Shown: one piece after another, positions 58,227 to 64,000 of the stretch
Position numbering within the stretch: position 1 is the stretch's first letter
Layout: each line of letters starts with the position of its first letter
Source: an uncultured bacterium
GTDB taxonomy: Bacteria > Patescibacteriota > Saccharimonadia > UBA4664
Direction of reading: 5' to 3'
Assembly (NCBI GenBank): GCA_963720265.1
Contig: CAVRET010000002.1
Location: 200,704-264,703, forward strand
DNA: 64,000 nt
Position numbers and translations under genes: made by a program
The notes under the pieces: model-generated
Told to the model about the DNA's origin: nothing
The model's database searches: none
What the model saw: only the letters and a program-made list of their open reading frames with translations

Positions 58227-58823
58227 TCACGAACGCTTAGCTACAACTAGTACCACTGCCGCTGAGAAACAAAGGCAGCCCACAAAGACGAGCCAACCCT
58301 CCGCAAAAGAGGACTGCGTAATATTCGCGGCGAGCACAAATAGACGGTACTGAGCCTGCATCAGTAGCCACGCGGCAGCACCCGCAAGCAGCGAGCCAAA
58401 AACTGGGAACCGACGGAAAACCGACGCGATCGCCATCCCCGCCAGCACAATCAGGCTGAAACTAAAAACCATCGGCAATAATACGTGCGTAAGCACCAGA
58501 CCCGTATTGCGGTAAATCACAGCGGTTAGTACCTCAGGCCCAGCCACCACAACGGTCATCACAAACCACAAGAAATATATCGGCCGCTTCCCGGCCAGTA
58601 TGATTATCTGCTTATTCGAAACAAAAGCGTGTTCCGCCCGTTTAAGCAACCAACCCAAAAGCAAGCCTACTAACACCGGGAGTAGGTACCAGGCCGACAC
58701 GTTAAACCGGTTAAGCGAGTAGATCGCTAGCAAACTCCACAGCACGGTAACCGCAATGGTCCAATCGCTGCCAATCAGAAACTTATACCAAAAACGATAA
58801 AACGCTACCAAATACTGCTTCAC
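58227..58823 (-). CDS. Hypothetical polytopic membrane protein.
   Basis: About 5 transmembrane segments; 4-nt overlap with the upstream membrane protein gene. Confidence 0.55.
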   Translation of the reverse strand: MKQYLVAFYRFWYKFLIGSDWTIAVTVLWSLLAIYSLNRFNVSAWYLLPVLVGLLLGWLLKRAEHAFVSNKQIIILAGKRPIYFLWFVMTVVVAGPEVLTAVIYRNTGLVLTHVLLPMVFSFSLIVLAGMAIASVFRRFPVFGSLLAGAAAWLLMQAQYRLFVLAANITQSSFAEGWLVFVGCLCFSAAVVLVVAKRS

Positions 58824-59587
58824 CTTCGCACCACCCGCTTAAAGGCCGCGTTTCGGCTCAGCCGGTCGATAAAAAACAGGCTTAAGAGAACGTAGAACAA
58901 CAGTATGCCCCAGACTGCAGCATCCCCATGCGGCCAATACACACCTAGACCTTTCACGGCATAGTAGGTACCAAAGGTCGTCAGCAGAATCCCGACCACC
59001 AATTTCATGGCGTTCTCCGGAACATGCGCCAGCGGCCGATGGGCAATGAGACCCAGCGCTACAATGACGGCTAGGGCTGCCAAGGCCGAAATAATACCTA
59101 GATGAAGATCATGCTGAGAAACACCAAACGTTATAATGATAAAGATCACTTCCAATCCTTCCAGCAACACGCCCTTGTAGGCTGCCACAAAAGCATACCA
59201 ATCAATTGGCTCGCCCTTCATAAAGCGAGCCTTCGCCGCGGCGCTGCTGACCTTGTTAAACTCTACGTCTTCGTCCCGGCTTGGGAGTAACGACGCAAAG
59301 CGCAAGATTGCCTTCTTCATCCATTGGATGCCAAAGATCAGCAGTAATGCACCCAGAATCAGCCAGAGCCGCTGCAAGTTTGGGCTTGATTCATCAGAAA
59401 TCCTCATCAAAGAGGCACCGAAAACCGCTATTACAGCTGCCAGCGTCAGTATGGCCGCACCCGTTGCGAGCAAAACCGACTTCCAGCCTCGTGTGAGTCC
59501 CAACGCCAACACGATTGTCAGGGCCTCGATCATCTCAACCAAACAAGCGATAAAAACCGTCAAACCCAAGAAGACAGCATGGCCCAT
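58820..59587 (-). CDS. Hypothetical polytopic membrane protein (two internally similar halves).
   Basis: About 6 transmembrane segments with an internal repeat-like organisation. Confidence 0.55.
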   Translation of the reverse strand: MGHAVFLGLTVFIACLVEMIEALTIVLALGLTRGWKSVLLATGAAILTLAAVIAVFGASLMRISDESSPNLQRLWLILGALLLIFGIQWMKKAILRFASLLPSRDEDVEFNKVSSAAAKARFMKGEPIDWYAFVAAYKGVLLEGLEVIFIIITFGVSQHDLHLGIISALAALAVIVALGLIAHRPLAHVPENAMKLVVGILLTTFGTYYAVKGLGVYWPHGDAAVWGILLFYVLLSLFFIDRLSRNAAFKRVVRR

Positions 59588-59665
59588 ACGACGATCTTAG
59601 CAAACCTTAACCGCCATCAACGCGCCAAAGGCCCCTGTGCCGACCAGACGTGCTAAGCTAAAACC

Positions 59666-60490
59666 ATGAACGTTATCGAGTTACGCAAAGTTGGCAAGAC
59701 CTTCACCGATCGTGAAGAACCAACCGTTGCTCTACACGACGTTGATTTGGCCATCGCACCTGGCGAATTTGTCGCCATAATCGGTCCATCCGGCTCAGGC
59801 AAGAGTACACTCATGAATGTACTCGGCCTGCTCGACGTGCCGACTGAGGGCGAATATCTGCTCGACGGTCAGGTGGTATCAAAGCTTCGCGATCGCAAAC
59901 TTGCCCGCCTTCGCCGCGGCAAAATCGGCTTCGTATTCCAAAGCTTTAATCTGCTACCGCGCCTCAGCGTGCTGGGCAATGTTGAGCTGCCCATGATCTA
60001 CGCCGGCCTTCGCTCCCGCAAGCGCCGCCAGCGCGCCCTTGAGCTGCTAGGACTTGTCCACCTCGAAGACCGGGCCGGCTACAAGCCCCGCCAGATCTCA
60101 GGCGGTCAAACCCAAAGGGTTGCCATCGCCCGCGCACTCGCCAATGAGCCCAGCCTAATCCTGGCCGACGAGCCCACCGGCAATCTCGATTCCAAGGCCT
60201 CGGCTGACGTCATTGACGAACTACGCCGCCTCAATCGTGAAACCGGTGCCACTATTGTCATCGTGACCCATAATCCCGACATTGCCCGACTCACCGACCG
60301 CACCGTAACTGTCCGCGACGGTGCCGTTGTCAGCGATCATGCCAACCCCAGCCGTCACGAGACGCACACTGCACACACCGCGCCGCCGGCCGACGAACAC
60401 ACACCCGAAGCCGCCCATAGCTCCGGGCGGTCGAGTGCGGCTGGCAGCAACGTAATTGATTTGCGTAGCCACAAGGCGGATGACCAATGA
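59666..60490 (+). CDS. ABC transporter ATP-binding protein (MacB/LolD type) with a C-terminal tail.
   Basis: Walker A GPSGSGKST, the ABC signature SGGQTQRVAIARAL, and Walker B ILADEPTGNLD. Confidence 0.9.
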   Translation: MNVIELRKVGKTFTDREEPTVALHDVDLAIAPGEFVAIIGPSGSGKSTLMNVLGLLDVPTEGEYLLDGQVVSKLRDRKLARLRRGKIGFVFQSFNLLPRLSVLGNVELPMIYAGLRSRKRRQRALELLGLVHLEDRAGYKPRQISGGQTQRVAIARALANEPSLILADEPTGNLDSKASADVIDELRRLNRETGATIVIVTHNPDIARLTDRTVTVRDGAVVSDHANPSRHETHTAHTAPPADEHTPEAAHSSGRSSAAGSNVIDLRSHKADDQ

Positions 60491-61728
60491 TTATGCTCTG
60501 GGAAAATTTCAAAATGGCGCTTTTGAGCCTCTCCAGTGCCAAACTCCGTTCACTCCTAACCATGCTTGGCATTATTATCGGCGTCGCAGCCGTGGTCTCA
60601 ATTCTTGCCATCGGTGACGGCGTCAAGGCATCGGTCCAAGACCAGATTACCGGCGTAGTCAACGCCAACGCCCTCGCCATCACATCAGGCAACACGGGTT
60701 CAAGTGCCGGCGAAGCAAAGAAAGGTGGAGCAAATCCCAGTTCATCGCTCGGCGCCTCTACGCTCACAACCAGTGACATCACCGCGCTCCAAACAGTGCC
60801 TCACATCTCCGCCGTTGCTCCCATCAGCCTCGTTTCCGGAATTATTGCTAACGGTTCCACTGAGTCGAGCGACGCCTTGTTGCTTGCAACCACACCCGCC
60901 TTCTCCGCCACTCAAACCCTCAAGTTCGCTCACGGCCGCTTCCTTGAAACCACAGATAACAACAAACAAGTCGTAGTACTTGGCGGGCAGCTTAGCCAGG
61001 ATCTTTTCGGCACCACCAATCCAGTCGGCAAAACCGTTACTATCCGCAATCTTCCATTCACGGTCATCGGCGTGCTCCAAACGTCAGACTCATCCGCCTC
61101 CAGCCTGACCGGCTCCAATTTCGACAACGCTGCCTACATGCCGTTTGATACTGCCAAAATTTTTACCGCCGGCGCCCCACCGCAAATCTTGAGAATTCTG
61201 GCTCAAGTTGATGAAACCAGTAACGTTAACTCTACAGCTACGGCTGCAAAAAAAGCCCTGCTCGTAACCCACGGCGGCCAAGACGACTTCACCGTCCTGA
61301 CGCAAAAAGACATCCTTTCTACGGTCGACACCGTGCTCAGTCTGCTCACCGACTTCATCGTTGCCATTGCCTCAATTAGCTTGCTTGTCGGCGGCATCGG
61401 TATCATGAACATCATGCTGGTATCAGTCACCGAGCGCACGCGCGAAATCGGTCTGCGCAAAGCCCTCGGCGCAACCTCAAGCACTGTGCTGTCGCAGTTT
61501 CTGATCGAGGCAATCGTACTCAGCCTCATCGGCGGAGGCTTGGGCATTCTCGCTGCCGTCGGCCTTGCCAAAGGCGTTGGCAAAGCCGCCAAGATTACAC
61601 CGGTCTTCACACCCGACGCTATTACTCTGGCAGTCGGCGTGTCTGCCGCGGTTGGCATCATCTTCGGTTTCGCACCCGCGGTTAAGGCTGCCAGAAAGCG
61701 TCCGATTCAAGCGCTCAAGGCCGAATAA
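60487..61728 (+). CDS. ABC transporter permease, FtsX/MacB type.
   Basis: N-terminal transmembrane helix, a large periplasmic-like domain, and a C-terminal 3-transmembrane FtsX domain; the start codon overlaps the ATPase stop. Confidence 0.88.
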   Translation: MIMLWENFKMALLSLSSAKLRSLLTMLGIIIGVAAVVSILAIGDGVKASVQDQITGVVNANALAITSGNTGSSAGEAKKGGANPSSSLGASTLTTSDITALQTVPHISAVAPISLVSGIIANGSTESSDALLLATTPAFSATQTLKFAHGRFLETTDNNKQVVVLGGQLSQDLFGTTNPVGKTVTIRNLPFTVIGVLQTSDSSASSLTGSNFDNAAYMPFDTAKIFTAGAPPQILRILAQVDETSNVNSTATAAKKALLVTHGGQDDFTVLTQKDILSTVDTVLSLLTDFIVAIASISLLVGGIGIMNIMLVSVTERTREIGLRKALGATSSTVLSQFLIEAIVLSLIGGGLGILAAVGLAKGVGKAAKITPVFTPDAITLAVGVSAAVGIIFGFAPAVKAARKRPIQALKAE

Positions 61729-61739
61729 GGAGTATTTCA

Positions 61740-62207
61740 ATGGACAAACACGACCCCAAGCTCGCGAAATTTCTGGCTACCGTCGACCGTTCGCAATTCT
61801 CCATCGACGGCTATCAACAACGCGTCGAAAAACCCTGGGGCTACGAATTACTACTCGAAACCCCAGGCAGCCCTTACACCTCAAAAATCATGCATATCAA
61901 AGCTGGCGCTCGCGAGTCCCTCCAGGTTCACGACTCCAAGACCGAAACTTACACCATCTTGAGCGGCCGCGCCGCCCTCCTGCAAGAGGACCAGCATGGT
62001 GAAATGGTTGACTGCGAGCTCAAACCTGGCGTTGGTTACACCACCCAGGTCGGACAAAAACACCGGCTTGTCGGCATCACCGATTGCGACATCTTCGAGG
62101 CCTCAACCCCCGAAACCGGCACCACCTGGCGCCTTGAGGACGATTATCATCGCGGCGACGAAACTGAAGCCATACGCCAAGAGCCCAACCGCGGCTGGAA
62201 GGGCTAG
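61740..62207 (+). CDS. Cupin-domain protein (mannose-6-phosphate-isomerase-like small cupin).
   Basis: KPWGYELLL...LQVHDSKTETYTILSG...GQKHRL. Confidence 0.65.
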   Translation: MDKHDPKLAKFLATVDRSQFSIDGYQQRVEKPWGYELLLETPGSPYTSKIMHIKAGARESLQVHDSKTETYTILSGRAALLQEDQHGEMVDCELKPGVGYTTQVGQKHRLVGITDCDIFEASTPETGTTWRLEDDYHRGDETEAIRQEPNRGWKG

Positions 62208-62218
62208 GGCTCTCTAAC

Positions 62219-62830
62219 CTAGTCGCCCACAATCTCCAGGCCGCCGGCGTCCACGTTCCCCACTTCCTTATAGCGCGGGTTGCGCACAAGCGCCGGCTTG
62301 TCGTTGTATTCGACCACATAAAACGCAAACCCACGCATCTGCTCCACCAGCGAATAATCCGCGTGCCCGGGCCAACCCGCCGGATCGCTGTCGTCGAAAT
62401 TCACGGGTGAATCGTCGGCTGTCACAAAGTAGGTTGAGCCTACATTCAAAGCCAAGTGGGCAGGACCGGCCGGCATAAACTGGCTGTCACCCGCTTTCAC
62501 CCGGCGAACCTTAAATTCGGCCACCCGGTCCGGTATCAACTTGCCGTTTTGCTCTTCCAGTTTCTGCGATAACAGCACACCTTCTCCATACAAAATCCAG
62601 TAGGTTTCGCTGATATCGCCCACGTGATAGTGCCCAAACGTCTTAATATACTCCCCGCCGACGGTACCCGGCTCCCACACGGTAATGTTCTTTTGGTCCA
62701 CACCGCCGCGAATCATGTAATAGTGCACCGACGGCCCAGGAGCATCGGGGTGCATCAATACCGGCTGCATCGCCTCATGCGTACGCGTTGCTTGGTGCTT
62801 GGGCACGTTAGTAAAATCAATCTGCATCAC
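62219..62830 (-). CDS. Probable cupin-type glucose-6-phosphate isomerase (cPGI).
   Basis: TFGHYH and surrounding cupin motifs resemble the archaeal/bacterial cupin PGI family. Confidence 0.5.
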   Translation of the reverse strand: MMQIDFTNVPKHQATRTHEAMQPVLMHPDAPGPSVHYYMIRGGVDQKNITVWEPGTVGGEYIKTFGHYHVGDISETYWILYGEGVLLSQKLEEQNGKLIPDRVAEFKVRRVKAGDSQFMPAGPAHLALNVGSTYFVTADDSPVNFDDSDPAGWPGHADYSLVEQMRGFAFYVVEYNDKPALVRNPRYKEVGNVDAGGLEIVGD

Positions 62831-62852
62831 AACCTCCGTCCATCAGTCTCAA

Positions 62853-63497
62853 TTATCGCACATCACAGACCCACAGCATGAAAGGCGCCCCGGCAGTTAT
62901 GCTTGCCGAGGCCGCCGGGGTGGTGTCACGCCGGACACCTACCCCACCCTCTGATTGTAGTAACCCTTTCCGGTTAGCCAGTGCAGCCAACACAGCAGCA
63001 TGCCGCTCGGCGTGGAACTTACACAGGAAGAGCTCACCTTGCTCCAGTTCAACCCGCACGGCGGCCGTGGCCGAACAGCGATCACAGAGGTCATCATCGG
63101 TAAGCAACGGATCGTCGGTTGGGGCAACCGATACACTTGCCGAGATGGCATCCAAGACCAGCTGCACATCAGCCTCACTGCCGAGCGCATAATGTGTGGA
63201 CGAAAAGACCAGCCGCTGCATGGCCGCAACCGCCTGGTCAGTCAGTATATTTGCCCCAAAAGACGCTTGAGCCAGCTGCACGATCTCTAGCAAGCCAACT
63301 CGCCAGCCAGAACTTGTTTCAGCCGTTTCCAGGAGCTGCATTGCCATGACGGATTCGGAGAAGGTGTGGAATTTGAGGTACACCCGCAGCTCAATGATCC
63401 AGGTTAGGATCTGCTTGCGAGCTTGGGCCAGGTAATCGGCTTCCTCTGGCACGCACACTCCTTGATCTCGGGTACAAAAAATCGGCGCACCAGGCAC
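62853..63497 (-). CDS. Hypothetical protein (the start may be an internal Met).
   Basis: ORF of 214 aa containing a CDRC...CKFH putative metal-binding motif. Confidence 0.35.
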   Translation of the reverse strand: MPGAPIFCTRDQGVCVPEEADYLAQARKQILTWIIELRVYLKFHTFSESVMAMQLLETAETSSGWRVGLLEIVQLAQASFGANILTDQAVAAMQRLVFSSTHYALGSEADVQLVLDAISASVSVAPTDDPLLTDDDLCDRCSATAAVRVELEQGELFLCKFHAERHAAVLAALANRKGLLQSEGGVGVRRDTTPAASASITAGAPFMLWVCDVR

Positions 63498-63597
63498 CGA
63501 TACGGGCTAGCCCTCTGTTTCCGCGGTTAAGTTCGGATCGGGTATCAAAGGGCAATCTTACCCTTGATAGTATCCGGCCGGCGTCCAGCCTGTCAAA

Positions 63598-64000
63598 TCA
63601 TGCCAACGCTTGGCGCACATCGTTCCGCAGCAGGTTCAGCCCGCGGCGTGTTACCCAAAAGTCCGCTACCACTTCGCGCGGCACCGACACCTCCAGGTGC
63701 TTGTGCCCATGCTTGCGCTCTGTCAGCGGCCGGTACATCCCGGTCTTTGCATCAATAGTCACCAGTTGTCCGTGCCAGTGCATCACAAAATCATAGCCGG
63801 CCAAATCCTCGTCCAGGGTGCCATACCGCACGTCGCGCAGCTCCGGCAGTCCCTGCAATGCCGCGTGCATTGCCACCTCGCTCACCGCACCGGTAATCTC
63901 ACCCTGCGCCCATGCGTGCCGCCCCTGGGCAGCCCGTCCGAGCCAATCGGTCAGCTCCGCGCGCGAAAAGTTGTGTCCATCTAGCTCAATCAGTCCACGC
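63598..64000 (-). CDS. Hypothetical protein, partial (it continues past the window end; the track shows only the C-terminal 95 aa from an internal GTG).
   Basis: The minus-strand frame has no stop from 64000 down to 63598. Confidence 0.4.
   Translation of the reverse strand, partial: RGLIELDGHNFSRAELTDWLGRAAQGRHAWAQGEITGAVSEVAMHAALQGLPELRDVRYGTLDEDLAGYDFVMHWHGQLVTIDAKTGMYRPLTERKHGHKHLEVSVPREVVADFWVTRRGLNLLRNDVRQALA

Noticed and set aside
1-64000. CRISPR arrays, rRNA genes, and additional tRNAs.
   Set aside because: There are no regularly spaced direct repeats, no rRNA-like conserved stretches, and only one cloverleaf (tRNA-Ser at 57531-57620).

Overview
The window is 64 kb from a compact bacterial genome with about 55-60% GC. 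Most genes are on the minus strand, closely packed, and belong to the housekeeping core. The organism looks monoderm-like: it has a type IV pilus cluster (pilC' / pilT / pilB / pilO / pilN / pilM plus a large secreted protein) with no secretin. Many genes lie 6-7 nt downstream of a -10 hexamer, which suggests leaderless transcription. Several ribosomal and RNA-processing proteins carry low-complexity extensions. Together this fits a Saccharibacteria/CPR-like or Gram-positive-like lineage, but the taxon cannot be fixed from the sequence alone. Core genes found: pilT, pilB, pilMNO, ychF, efp-rpsR-ssb-rpsF, recX-recA, yajQ, a rodZ-like gene, a pgsA-like gene, ftsK, rnj, pnp, rpsO, truB, an nrnA-like gene, rpsT, holA, fpg, polA, rpoD-dnaG, a mutY-like gene, msrB and a macB-type ABC pair. 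Accessory or unusual content: (i) a lower-GC island (about 44.4-47.3 kb) encoding a Fic-family protein with a degenerate active-site motif, a GHKL/HATPase_c ATPase with an unknown N-terminal domain, and a DUF4325/STAS-like protein, flanked by repeated GTTACG-containing palindromes; this is the best candidate for an uncharacterised partner-switching or conflict module. (ii) An orphan, highly structured transcript of about 400 nt with a consensus promoter and an intrinsic terminator but no ORF (39.3-39.7 kb). (iii) A protein that fuses a sigma-70 region-4 HTH to an RNAP alpha-CTD-like domain inside the truB-rpsO-pnp cluster, next to an unexplained 800-bp gap where ribF normally sits. (iv) An intact IS982-family IS with 19-bp inverted repeats and a 6-bp target duplication next to tRNA-Ser and two unknown genes. 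(v) A frameshifted MTS-type methyltransferase that overlaps a lysine-rich rpsT tail. (vi) Two paralogous small proteins with perfect Shine-Dalgarno sites, and a divergent marR-MFS efflux pair. No CRISPR array or rRNA was found; the only tRNA is tRNA-Ser(GGA).
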